Assembly (NCBI GenBank): GCA_041687695.1
Contig: JAWLBL010000014.1
Span: forward strand, 128,001-192,000
Direction: 5' to 3'
Source of the DNA: Myxococcota bacterium
GTDB lineage: Bacteria; Myxococcota_A; UBA9042; PHBI01; JAWLBL01
DNA: 64,000 nt
Position 1 is the first letter of the stretch. Every line of letters starts with the position of its first letter. The notes beneath the pieces were generated by a model. The model was not told where the DNA came from. It did no database searches and saw nothing but the letters and a program-made list of their open reading frames with translations. The position numbers and the translations under genes are program-made. Shown piece by piece: positions 38,318-47,783 of this stretch.

Positions 38318-39738
38318 CGAGGAGGAGGCTGGCTCTGCGCCCGGACGCGAGGCTCGGCGTCCTCGGGGCGCAGCTCGAGGTGCTCCGGAGGCGGCACCGG
38401 AAGGCGGGCCGCGCGGGCGCGCGCGTCGTCGTGCGCGGAGCCGCTGGCGTGATGATCGCGCTCTTCGACGATGACCCGGGCGCCGCGCTGCCACGTCGCG
38501 TAGGCCCAGGCCCACTCGAGCAGCACCATCAGCCGGTTGCGGAACCCGATGAGGAAGGTGACGTGGATGACGGCCCACAGGAGCCAGGCCACCAGCCCCG
38601 AGACGCGCCGCTGGGTGCGCCCGACCAGGCCGACCGCCTTGGAGCGGCCGATGGTCGCCAGGTAGCCCTTGTCCTTGTAGACGAAGGGCTCGCGCGCCTC
38701 GCCGCGCAGCGTCCGCTGCAGGTTGCGGGCGACGTGCTTGCCGGCCTGGATGGCGCCCTGGGCGACGCCCGGGACGTTCTCGCCGTCGGGCTGCGCGACC
38801 GAGGCCAGGTCGCCGATGACGAAGACCTCGGGGTGCCCGGGGACGCTCAGATCGGGCTCGACGACGACGCGGCCGGCGCGGTCGGTCGGGGCGCCCAGGC
38901 TCGCCCCGAGGTGGGAGGCCTTGACGCCCGCGGCCCAGACGACGGTGCGCGAGGCGAGGCGCTCGTCGCCGATCTCGACGCCTCCGGCGTCGACGCGCGT
39001 CACCATGGCCTTGGTCCGCACCTCGACCCCCAGCTCGCGCAGGTGCTCGAGGGCCTTTTCGCTGACGTCCGGCGGGAAGGCCGGGAAGACGCGGTCCATG
39101 CCCTCGACCAGCACGACGCGCGCCGTGCGCGGGTCGAAGTTGCGGAAGTCGCGCGCGAGCGTGCGCTGCGAGATCTCGGCGAGGGCGCCGGCCAGCTCGA
39201 CGCCGGTCGGCCCGGCGCCGACCACCACGAACGTCAGCCACTCGGCGCGACGCGCGGGGTCGGGCTCGCGCTCGGCCGCCTCGAAGGCGAGCAGGATGCG
39301 GCGGCGGATCTCGAGGGCGTCGTCGACCGTCTTGAGGCCGGGCGCCCAGGCCTCCCACTCGTCGTGCCCGAAGTAGGTGTGGCTCGCCCCCGTCGCGACC
39401 ACCAGGTAGTCGTAGGAGAGCGAGCCATGGTCCAGCCTGTCGTCCAGGATGACGCGCCGCTCGGCGACGTCGACGCGCTCGACCTCGGCGAGGTAGACGG
39501 TCGCGTTCGCCTGGCGCCGCAGGACGCGGCGGATCGGGACGGCGATGTCCGGCGCGCTGAGCGCCGCGGTCGCCACCTGATAGAGCAGCGGCTGGAACAG
39601 GTGATGGTTGCGGCGATCGACGAGCGTCACCCGGACGGGCGCCTTGGCGAGCGCGCGCGCCGCCGAGAGCCCGCCGAAGCCGCCGCCGAGGATGACGACG
39701 TGGGGCAGCGTGCCGGACACGGTCCGTCCTCCTGACAT
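38311..39738 (-). CDS. ndh: Type II NADH dehydrogenase family FAD-dependent oxidoreductase
   Basis: GGGFGG, HHLFQPLLYQVAT, GAGPTGVELAG, WAAGV, FVIGD, YKDKG, IGFRNR. Confidence 0.92.
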   Translation of the reverse strand: MSGGRTVSGTLPHVVILGGGFGGLSAARALAKAPVRVTLVDRRNHHLFQPLLYQVATAALSAPDIAVPIRRVLRRQANATVYLAEVERVDVAERRVILDDRLDHGSLSYDYLVVATGASHTYFGHDEWEAWAPGLKTVDDALEIRRRILLAFEAAEREPDPARRAEWLTFVVVGAGPTGVELAGALAEISQRTLARDFRNFDPRTARVVLVEGMDRVFPAFPPDVSEKALEHLRELGVEVRTKAMVTRVDAGGVEIGDERLASRTVVWAAGVKASHLGASLGAPTDRAGRVVVEPDLSVPGHPEVFVIGDLASVAQPDGENVPGVAQGAIQAGKHVARNLQRTLRGEAREPFVYKDKGYLATIGRSKAVGLVGRTQRRVSGLVAWLLWAVIHVTFLIGFRNRLMVLLEWAWAYATWQRGARVIVEERDHHASGSAHDDARARAARLPVPPPEHLELRPEDAEPRVRAQSQPPPRE

Positions 39739-39870
39739 CGCCCTGACCCTCACACGTAACAACGCGAAACGGCGGGCGAAAATCCCGTCGCGTCGTCCAC
39801 CGCGGGCGGGCGCCCGCGGGACCAGTGACCGCAATAAACACGGAGCGCGTGCAGAGAACGGTGGCGCCGC

Positions 39871-40758
39871 TCAGCCCAGCAGGGCGGGCGCGTAGCGGGC
39901 CAGCGGCGCGAGGCCGGGCGCGGTGGCCTGCGCCAGAGCCGCCGTCAGATCGTGACCGCAGGCGGCGGCCGCGCTGGCCAGGGCGAGGCTGGTCGTGTCG
40001 AGGGCGCCCGCGGCGGTCTGGGCGACCTCGGCGTCGGTGGCCAGGCGCTGGGCGAAGTCCGCGGCGTGCAGGCGGCCGTGCTCGGCGAGGGCGTCGAGCA
40101 AGGTCGGCGTGTCGGCCGGGAGCAGCGCCCCGAGCGCGCGGTGGGCGGCGAGCAGGCGGGCGAGGCCCCCGGCGGCGCTCGCGGCGTAGCGCGCGCCAGC
40201 GTCCATGAGCGTGCCGATGGCGGCGCGGTAGCCGGTCAGGGCGTCGGTGTCGGCTCGCGCGATGGCCGTCAGCCCGCAGGCGTACAGGGCCGCGAGCGCC
40301 CCGGCGAAGTCGGCGGCCGAGCCCAGCCGGTGGTAGCGGAACCAGGGCGTCAGCTCGTACAGCTCGTCGCTGACGGCCTGGGCCTCGACGCCGGCCAGCA
40401 GCTCGACCGCGTCGAGGCCGGCGGGGCCGCGGGCGACGGCGAGGGAGGCCTCGTCGCGGACGATGAGAGCGATCTCGAGCGGCAGCAGGCGCCGCGAGCG
40501 GATGCGGTGGGGGGGCCAGCGCTCGAGGTAGAGGCTGAGGTGGGCGGCGTAGCAGCCCGAGGCGCCCCACAGCGCGCGCAACACCTCGGCCGGATCGCCG
40601 TCCAGGGCGTGCAGGGCGTGGGCCCGCGCGAGGTACACGTCGAGGAAGGTGTGGTGGGCCGGGTCGACGTAGGCCTCGAGCTGCTCGGACGTGCTGGCGA
40701 GCAGCCGCTCGAGGGCCGCGGGGTCGACGGCGTCGGCGCGGTCGGCGGAGGTGACCAT
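39871..40758 (-). CDS. Hypothetical alpha-helical protein, possibly Imm49-like
   Basis: C-terminal LLDALAEH...LALASAA...RYAPALL pattern; start 40758 or 40770. Confidence 0.5.
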   Translation of the reverse strand: MVTSADRADAVDPAALERLLASTSEQLEAYVDPAHHTFLDVYLARAHALHALDGDPAEVLRALWGASGCYAAHLSLYLERWPPHRIRSRRLLPLEIALIVRDEASLAVARGPAGLDAVELLAGVEAQAVSDELYELTPWFRYHRLGSAADFAGALAALYACGLTAIARADTDALTGYRAAIGTLMDAGARYAASAAGGLARLLAAHRALGALLPADTPTLLDALAEHGRLHAADFAQRLATDAEVAQTAAGALDTTSLALASAAAACGHDLTAALAQATAPGLAPLARYAPALLG

Positions 40759-40912
40759 GGGCGCCAGCATGGCACATCCGAGGGGGCCCCGAAACCAGGA
40801 GAGGCGTCAGCGCGGTCTTCGAACGAGGCGAGGCCGCCGACGCGAACGTCGACGGCCTCCAGAGCGCGCAGTGTGCGCCCGAAGCTGCGAGCCATGGGCT
40901 CGCGGCTTCAGG

Positions 40913-41431
40913 TCACGGGATCGCGTTGCACATGTCGCTCGTGCGGCACTCGATCACCCGATCGAGCTGATCGAAGGGCGCGTTGCACTCCTGCGTGCCG
41001 ATCGCCTGGATGCACTCACGCAGCTCCGTGGCGTTCACACCGCCGGGGCACTCCTCGGCGCTGAGATCCTCGGTGTACTCGCGCAGGTTCTCCTGACGGC
41101 ACTCGTCGGCGCTGGCCCAGTCACCGTCGGCGCCGATGTCGCCGCAGCGCTGCGCCAGCTGGCAGCGGGCCTCGACCAGCTGCTGGATGGCCGCCTGGTT
41201 CTGGAGCATCGGGTCCTCGCCCCCGATCCCCTGTCGCTGCGTGGCGTCGGTCTCGCCGCCCAGCGGCTGCTGCGTCAGCCCGGGCTCGGCGGTCGGCGCG
41301 GGCTCGGAGCCCTCGAGGTACTCGGAGCCGTAGCCCTCGGGCTCGTCCTCCTGACAACCGGCGCCCCCGAGGAGCGCCGCCAGCGACACGGCGAAGAGAA
41401 CCTTGGTGATGGGGTGGTCGATACGCTTCAT
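40913..41431 (-). CDS. Cys-rich lipoprotein, DUF6184-like
   Basis: Lipobox GAGC; ARC...RCGDIG...CPGGV...ECIQAI...EC..PFD.L.R...CR...MC. Confidence 0.7.
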   Translation of the reverse strand: MKRIDHPITKVLFAVSLAALLGGAGCQEDEPEGYGSEYLEGSEPAPTAEPGLTQQPLGGETDATQRQGIGGEDPMLQNQAAIQQLVEARCQLAQRCGDIGADGDWASADECRQENLREYTEDLSAEECPGGVNATELRECIQAIGTQECNAPFDQLDRVIECRTSDMCNAIP

Positions 41432-41603
41432 CCCTTCCTCCAGGTGTCCTGAGTGTCCGTGGCCGGACGCGCGAAAAGTAATCACGTTTTCCGGCACTTA
41501 CGACCCACCCCGGCGAACGCGGCCGCGCGATGGCGGCCTTGACACGGCCCGCGCCGACCGTGAAATGCTCGCGCGTGCGTCGGCTGGGCGCGGGGGAGGC
41601 GCG

Positions 41604-42059
41604 GTGAGGAAGCGGTGGCGGGTGGTGGGGCTGATCGTGGTCGTGGCGGTGGGCGCAGCCGGGCTGTGGGAGGGACGGCGACGGGCCCATCGGGGGCTGG
41701 AGCGGCTGCCGGAGCTGCTGACCAAGCACCTCGTGGCCGGGAAGGCGGACGCGCTCTGGCGCGACGCGGCGCGCGGCTTTCGCGAGGCGACGCCTGCGGA
41801 CGCGCTGCGCCTGCGGTGGCTGGAGCGGGATCTGGGGCTGGACGGGTTCCAGCGGATCGAGTCGGTCGACGAGGTGACGCTGGGCCTGGGCGCCTCGGGG
41901 CTGACGGGCGAGGTGCTCGCGACCCTGCGTTGGGGCAGCGCGACGACGAGCGGGCGCTTCGTGTTCGTGCGCGAGGACGGCGCGTGGCGGCTGCTCGAGC
42001 TGGCGCTGCCGGCCGCGCCGTGGCCCGAGCAGCTGGCGGCGGCGGGGGGCGCGCGGTGA
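41604..42059 (+). CDS. Hypothetical membrane-anchored protein (possible NTF2-like fold)
   Basis: N-terminal transmembrane segment; C-terminal FVREDGAWRL; stop overlaps the next start. Confidence 0.6.
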   Translation: MRKRWRVVGLIVVVAVGAAGLWEGRRRAHRGLERLPELLTKHLVAGKADALWRDAARGFREATPADALRLRWLERDLGLDGFQRIESVDEVTLGLGASGLTGEVLATLRWGSATTSGRFVFVREDGAWRLLELALPAAPWPEQLAAAGGAR

Positions 42060-42880
42060 GCGCGGGCGGGCCGTGGCAGGACGCCGAGCAGGCGCGCGCC
42101 TATGCCGAGTTCTGCGCGCGGTGGACGCTGTACGCGGACACGTCGGGGGCGCTGGCCGATGCGGCCGGGGTGGGAGGGGACCTGCGGGTGGCGGACCTGG
42201 GCTGCGGGACCGGCGAGACCGCCCGGGCCTGTCTGCAGCGACTGGGTCCCGGCGGGCGGCTCGTCGGCGTGGACCCGGCGGCGCGCATGATCGACGCCGC
42301 CGCCGCGGCGCTGGGCGGGGACGCGCGGGCCGCCTTCGTCGTCGGCGACGCCCGCGACCTGCCGGACCTGGCGCGCGCCGGGGGCGCCTTCGACCGGATC
42401 CTGTGCAACTCGGCCCTGTGGCTGGACGACGACCCGGCGGCCGCCTGCCGCGCCGCGCGCGAGGCCCTGTCCCCGAGCGGCGCCTTCGCCTTCAGCCTGC
42501 CCGCCGAGTACGCCGGCGAGGCGGACCACCTGCTCACGCCCGACGCCGTCGCCTTCGCCGCCGCGCTGGGCGCCTGCCGGGCCGAGCTCGCCCCCGCGCC
42601 TGCGCTCGACGCCAGCCCCCCGCCAGCGGCCGCCGACCTCGAGGCCCGCCGCGCGATGCTCGCCGACGCCGGCTTCGCCCAGGTCGAGATCACCCGCTGG
42701 GCGCGCCCCTGGCCGCTCGACGAGGCCCTCGCCTGGCTGGCGATGCCCGTCGTCGCCTCGGGCCTGCTGCCCGGCGCCCCACCCGACGCGCGGGCGCGCC
42801 TCATCCCGGCGTTGCGCGCGCGCCTTCCCGCCGGCCTGGCCCTCGAGACGCGCTGGCTCCTCGTCGTGGCCCGTCCATGA
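42056..42880 (+). CDS. Class I SAM-dependent methyltransferase
   Basis: VADLGCGTG, GVDP, GDARDL, FDRILCN, LSPSG. Confidence 0.85.
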   Translation: MSAGGPWQDAEQARAYAEFCARWTLYADTSGALADAAGVGGDLRVADLGCGTGETARACLQRLGPGGRLVGVDPAARMIDAAAAALGGDARAAFVVGDARDLPDLARAGGAFDRILCNSALWLDDDPAAACRAAREALSPSGAFAFSLPAEYAGEADHLLTPDAVAFAAALGACRAELAPAPALDASPPPAAADLEARRAMLADAGFAQVEITRWARPWPLDEALAWLAMPVVASGLLPGAPPDARARLIPALRARLPAGLALETRWLLVVARP

Positions 42881-43878
42881 GGGCGCTCCGGCTCACGCCC
42901 ATCAGGGCCATCCTGCTCGCTCTCTGCCTGGCCGCCTCCGCCGCGGGGCCCGCCCACGCCCTCGAGCCGCTGGACCCGGCCCTCGCCGCCGCCCTCGCGG
43001 CCATCGCCCCCGACCCGCCCCCGCCCGCGCTCACCAACGACCAGCACTACCTGGTCTCCAACGAGCGCCGGCTCGATCTCTTCGCCCCCTTCGCCCGCGA
43101 CCTCCGCGGCGCCCTGGTCGCCGTCGGCTCCGACCAGCCCTACCTCCTCGCCGGCTGGTCCCGCCCGACGCTCCTCGTCGCCCTCGACTTCGACCAGCTG
43201 GTCGTCGACCTCCACGCCACCTACCGCGCCGCCTTCCTGTCGTCCCCCGACGCCGCCGCCTTCGCCGCCTTCTGGCGCCCCGACGCCGAACCCCGCGTCG
43301 TCGCCGCCCTCGACGCCACCCTCCCCGCCGCCGACCGCCCCCGCGCCCTGGCCGCCTGGCACGCCGCCCACCCCGACGTCGCGCGGCGCCTCCAGGTCAT
43401 CTCCCGCGACATCGCCCCCGGCGCCCCCACCTTCCTCGAGGACCCGCGCCAGTACGCGCATCTGGCCGCCCTGTTCCGCGCCGGCCGCGTCCTCGCCCTG
43501 CGCGCCGACCTCACCGCCGGCGGCGCCCTGCCCGCCCTGGGCCACGCCCTCGCCGCGCACGGCCAGACGGTGCGCCTGCTCTACCTCACCAACGCCGAGC
43601 AGTACTTCTACTACCGCGCCCCCTACCGCGAGGGCATGCTCGCCCTGCCCACGGACCGCCGCACCCAGGTCCTGCGCACCCTGCCCGGCCGCCCGCGCGA
43701 CTGGGAGTACGTCGTCCAGTCGGGCGAGAACTTCCGCGCCTGGCTGCGCCACCGGCGCACCTGGTCGGTCTACGCGATGCGCCAGATGGAGACCGACCAC
43801 TTCGTCGGCCAGACCCTGTACCGCCTCACCGCCCGGCCCCCGGCGCGCCCGCGCCCACGCGCCGCCCCCGCCCGCTGA
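42877..43878 (+). CDS. Hypothetical secreted protein
   Basis: Signal peptide AHA; YLVSNE, VGSDQ, LYLTNAEQYF; ATGA-coupled to the methyltransferase. Confidence 0.7.
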   Translation: MRALRLTPIRAILLALCLAASAAGPAHALEPLDPALAAALAAIAPDPPPPALTNDQHYLVSNERRLDLFAPFARDLRGALVAVGSDQPYLLAGWSRPTLLVALDFDQLVVDLHATYRAAFLSSPDAAAFAAFWRPDAEPRVVAALDATLPAADRPRALAAWHAAHPDVARRLQVISRDIAPGAPTFLEDPRQYAHLAALFRAGRVLALRADLTAGGALPALGHALAAHGQTVRLLYLTNAEQYFYYRAPYREGMLALPTDRRTQVLRTLPGRPRDWEYVVQSGENFRAWLRHRRTWSVYAMRQMETDHFVGQTLYRLTARPPARPRPRAAPAR

Positions 43879-43890
43879 CCGAAGGCCTGC

Positions 43891-45114
43891 TTGACCGCCA
43901 TCGCCGTCGCCATCTTCGCCCTCACATACGCCCTCATCGCCTCACGGCGCCTGGCCCTGCTGCCCATCGGCCGCCCCTCCGGCGCGCTGCTGGGCGCCGT
44001 CCTGATGGTGGCGACCGGCGTCCTGACCCCCGAGGAGAGCTTCGCCGCCGTAGACGCCGACACGCTGGTGCTGCTGTTCGGGATGATGCTGCTCACGGCC
44101 TATCTCTCGCAGTGCGGGCTCCTGGACCGCCTGGCGCTGGGCGCGCTGGCCGCCTGTCCGACGCCCCGGCGGCTGATGGTGCTGGTCTCGCTGCTGGCCG
44201 CCGTGCTGTCGGCGCTGCTGGTCAACGACACGGTGTGCCTGTTCATGACCCCGGTCGTCGTCCGCGTCGCCACGCGCGCCGGCCTGCCGGTCGTGCCCTA
44301 CCTGGTCGCGCTCGCCACCTCGGCCAACCTGGGCAGCGCGGCCACCCTGGTCGGCAACCCGCAGAACATGATCATCGGCAGCCTCAGCGGGCTGTCCTTC
44401 ACCGAGTTCCTGGCCCGGGCCGCCCCGCCCACGGCCGCCGCCCTGGTGGTCAACCTGGGCCTGCTCCACCTCTACTATGCCCGCCGCCTCCCGGCGCGCA
44501 TGCCTCCGGCCGCCCCGCCGCCCCCGGCGCCCCCCACCCGGCACGCTCGGCTGGGCGCCCTCGTCCTGACCGGGGTCGCCGTCGCCTTCCTGGCGGGCCT
44601 GCACCTGGGCTACGTGGCCCTGGCGGGCGCGCTGGTCATGCTGGTCGCCGACCGCCGCGACCCGCGCGAGGCCTTCGCGCGCGTCGACTGGCCGCTGCTG
44701 GTCTTCTTCGCCGGGTTGTTCGTCGTGGTCGGGGGCCTGGTGAAGACGGGTCTGGTCGCCGCGACCTGGGCCGCCGCCGAGCCCTTCGTCATGCCCACGG
44801 ACGCCGCCGGCCTCGCCGGGCTGACCGGCCTGCTGGTCGCCGGGTCGAACGTGGTCTCCAACGTGCCGATGACGCTGCTGGCGGGGCCGTGGCTGGCCAC
44901 GCTGGACGCCGGCGCGACCGGCTGGGTGCTGCTGGGCTTCGTCACGACGGTCGCGGGGAACCTGACCTTGCTGGGCTCGGTCGCCAACATCATCGTCGCC
45001 GAGCAGGCGGCGCCCGAGGCCGATCTGGGCTACTGGGAGTACCTGCGCTTCGGCGCGGTCTCGACCGTCGCGACGCTGGCCGTCGGCGTGCCCATCGTGG
45101 CCGCGATGGGCTGA
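43891..45114 (+). CDS. ArsB/NhaD (IT superfamily) anion transporter
   Basis: ALLVNDTVC, SANLGSAATLVGNPQN, VSNVP, AGNLTLLGSVANIIV. Confidence 0.88.
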   Translation: MTAIAVAIFALTYALIASRRLALLPIGRPSGALLGAVLMVATGVLTPEESFAAVDADTLVLLFGMMLLTAYLSQCGLLDRLALGALAACPTPRRLMVLVSLLAAVLSALLVNDTVCLFMTPVVVRVATRAGLPVVPYLVALATSANLGSAATLVGNPQNMIIGSLSGLSFTEFLARAAPPTAAALVVNLGLLHLYYARRLPARMPPAAPPPPAPPTRHARLGALVLTGVAVAFLAGLHLGYVALAGALVMLVADRRDPREAFARVDWPLLVFFAGLFVVVGGLVKTGLVAATWAAAEPFVMPTDAAGLAGLTGLLVAGSNVVSNVPMTLLAGPWLATLDAGATGWVLLGFVTTVAGNLTLLGSVANIIVAEQAAPEADLGYWEYLRFGAVSTVATLAVGVPIVAAMG

Positions 45115-45148
45115 GGGGCGCCAGCGGTGCGCGATGGGGTGAGGCGCG

Positions 45149-45919
45149 TCAGCGGCGCAGGTCGGGGTGGAGGCGCTCGCGGATGACGCGGCGTTCGGCG
45201 ACGCGCTCGCGGTTGTCGAACAGCTTGATGAGCGCGGCGCCCGCGACGAAGCCGCCGATGTGGGCCCAGAAGGCGACGCCGCCCTCGTGCTCGAGCTGCG
45301 TCAGGGCCGGCAGGCCGGCGATGATCTGCCAGGCGAACCACCACACGAGCACGAGCCAGGCCGGCAGCGGGATGATGCGGATGAAGATGATGATGATGAA
45401 GAGCATGTAGACCCGCACGCGCGGGTACAGGACCAGGTAGGCGCCCATCACGCCCGAGATGGCGCCCGACGCGCCCACGGTCGGCACGGGAGAGGCGGGG
45501 GCGCTGACGACGTGGGCGGCCGCGGCGGCCAGGCCGCAGACGAGGTAGAAGACGACGAAGCGCACGCGCCCCATGCTGTCCTCGATGTTGTTGCCGAAGA
45601 CCCACAGGAACAGGGCGTTGCCCAGGATGTGACCCCAGCTGGCGTGCAGGAACATCGAGCTGATGGGGGTCAGCCAGGTGTTCGGCTCGTCGTCGACCAG
45701 GCACATGGTCCTGGGCCCCAGCTGGACCCCGGTCCCCACCGGCTGGAGATCGGTCAGCTCGGCCGGCAGCATGCCCCAGTTGCACACGCTGGCGGCCAGG
45801 GCCCACGGGTCCAGGCCCGCGCCCTGCAGGAACACCCAGATCGCGCCCAGCAGGCCCAGCAGGGTCCAGGTCACGACCGGACGCCGCAGCGTCGGGTTGT
45901 CGTCCTTGATGGGGATCAT
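45149..45919 (-). CDS. Rhomboid intramembrane serine protease
   Basis: MIPIKDDNP, SMFLH...HILGN, GASGAISG, GVAFWAHIGGF. Confidence 0.92.
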   Translation of the reverse strand: MIPIKDDNPTLRRPVVTWTLLGLLGAIWVFLQGAGLDPWALAASVCNWGMLPAELTDLQPVGTGVQLGPRTMCLVDDEPNTWLTPISSMFLHASWGHILGNALFLWVFGNNIEDSMGRVRFVVFYLVCGLAAAAAHVVSAPASPVPTVGASGAISGVMGAYLVLYPRVRVYMLFIIIIFIRIIPLPAWLVLVWWFAWQIIAGLPALTQLEHEGGVAFWAHIGGFVAGAALIKLFDNRERVAERRVIRERLHPDLRR

Positions 45920-46088
45920 GCGCGGCAGCTTGCAGCGGCGCGGACGCCGAGGCCAGCGCGCGGGCGCCCTCCGCCGGTCCAGGCCGCGGGGCGCCCGCGA
46001 CGACACCCGACACGAGCAACTTTCACGAACGGTGGCGCGTGGTTACGTGCTTTGGGTGGCCTCGCGTCGAGGCGAGCCGAGGAGAGCC

Positions 46089-46679
46089 ATGAACACGCGT
46101 CAGATCGTCAAGGAGGTGGCCCGCTTGTCGCACGAGAGCGACGAGCGCGCCCGCGCCGTCGTAGACTCCGTGCTGCGCACCCTGGGCGAGCGCCTGCCCG
46201 CCGAGGCCGCCGAGCCGATGGCGCGGCGGCTGCCGCCCGAGCTGTCGATTCACCTGCGCCAGCGGGTGGAGGCCGAGCGCTTCGGGCGTGAGGCGTTCGA
46301 CGAGCGGGTGGCGCACCGGGCGGGGCTGGCCCGCGAGGACGCCGTGGTGTACGCGCGGTGGGTGTTGCTGGTGCTGGGTGAGGGGCTCGGGCACGACGCC
46401 GTCGCGCCGGCGGCCGAGGCGCTGCCGACCGAGTTCGAGCCGCTCTTCCCCGAGGCGCCCGAGGCGAGCCACGGCGACGTCCCCGCGCTGGACCCGGCGC
46501 GGACCTCGCGGGTCAACCGCGAGCTGGCGTCGACGCGCCGCGAGCCGCGTGCGCTGGGGCAGGTGGGCGCCAACCCGCGGGAGCTGGCGCGCACGGGCAA
46601 GAACCCGCGCGCCCTGTCGGAGGCCGGCCGCAACCCGGACAGCCTCGTCGAGCAGGGCGACGAGGACGAGCCGTCGTGA
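46089..46679 (+). CDS. DUF2267 family protein with a C-terminal short-repeat tail
   Basis: VLRTLGERL...LPPEL...FDERVA pattern; tail of (N/E)PRxL repeats. Confidence 0.75.
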   Translation: MNTRQIVKEVARLSHESDERARAVVDSVLRTLGERLPAEAAEPMARRLPPELSIHLRQRVEAERFGREAFDERVAHRAGLAREDAVVYARWVLLVLGEGLGHDAVAPAAEALPTEFEPLFPEAPEASHGDVPALDPARTSRVNRELASTRREPRALGQVGANPRELARTGKNPRALSEAGRNPDSLVEQGDEDEPS

Positions 46680-46745
46680 CACGGCGCCGACGAGCGCGCG
46701 GGCACCCGCGGTTCGTCGGGCAACCATGGACCAAGGGGGGGACGG

Positions 46746-47711
46746 ATGGACGACCGTAGGTCACATGACGGCAGGGGCGCTGGTGAGGCGGAGCGCCCGT
46801 CGGACCTGTCCAAGGGCGACTGGAAGGCCGTCGGCAAGCGCGTGAAAGACGAGACCAAGCGCGACAACCTGAGCATCGTCGCCGCGGGCGTGGCCTTCTA
46901 CGCCATGCTGGCGCTGGTGCCGACGCTGACGGCCATCGTGTCGATCTACGGCCTGGTCGCCGACCCGGCGCAGGTGCAGAACCAGGTCGACTCGATCTCG
47001 GGCGCCATGCCGCAGGCCGTGCGCGACATCCTGATGAGCCAGCTGTCGCAGATCGCGTCGGCGTCCGGGACCGCGCTCAGCCTGAGCCTCGTCGGCAGCA
47101 TCCTGTTCGCGCTCTGGAGCGCCTCGAAGGGAACCAAGGCGCTCATCTCGGGGCTCAACATCGCCTATGACGAGAGAGAGACGCGCGGGTTCTTCAAGCT
47201 CAACGCGGTGGCGCTGCTGCTGACGCTGGGCGCGGTGGTCTTCGTCGTGCTGGCCGTGGCGCTGCTGGCGGCGGCGCCGTCGGTCCTGGGGGCGCTGGGG
47301 CTAGGGTCGACCGGCGCGTGGATCATCGGCGTCGCGCGTTGGCCGCTGCTGGTCTTCGGGCTGATGGTGGCGCTGTCGATCGCCTACCGCTACGGCCCCG
47401 ACCGCGACGCGCCGAAGTGGGCGTGGGCGACCTGGGGCAGCGCGCTCGCGGCCGGCCTGTGGCTGCTGGCGTCCCTCGGGTTCTCGCTGTACGTGACGAA
47501 CCTGGGCTCGTTCTCCGAGACCTACGGCTCGCTCGGCGCCGTCATCGTGCTGCTGATGTGGCTGCTCATCACCGCCTGGGTGGTGCTGCTGGGGGCCGAG
47601 CTGAACGCCGAGATGGAGCACCAGACGCAGCGCGACACGACCACCGGCCCCGAGGAGCCGATGGGCCGCCGCGACGCATACGTGGCCGACACCACCCCGC
47701 AGGAGTCGTGA
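46746..47711 (+). CDS. YihY/virulence factor BrkB family membrane protein
   Basis: AAGVAFY, LNIAYDERETRGF, YRYGP, TYGSLGAVIVLLMW, GAELNAE. Confidence 0.92.
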   Translation: MDDRRSHDGRGAGEAERPSDLSKGDWKAVGKRVKDETKRDNLSIVAAGVAFYAMLALVPTLTAIVSIYGLVADPAQVQNQVDSISGAMPQAVRDILMSQLSQIASASGTALSLSLVGSILFALWSASKGTKALISGLNIAYDERETRGFFKLNAVALLLTLGAVVFVVLAVALLAAAPSVLGALGLGSTGAWIIGVARWPLLVFGLMVALSIAYRYGPDRDAPKWAWATWGSALAAGLWLLASLGFSLYVTNLGSFSETYGSLGAVIVLLMWLLITAWVVLLGAELNAEMEHQTQRDTTTGPEEPMGRRDAYVADTTPQES

Positions 47712-47783
47712 CTGCGCGGCCGTCGCCGTTCGACTCCGGTCCCGTGGCGCAGTATCGTGGCGCCACGGGACCGGGAGGACGCG

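Noticed and set aside
42056..45114. Arsenic resistance (arsM-arsB) operon
   Set aside because: The methyltransferase lacks the ArsM SNCV-type motif, and no arsR or arsC is present
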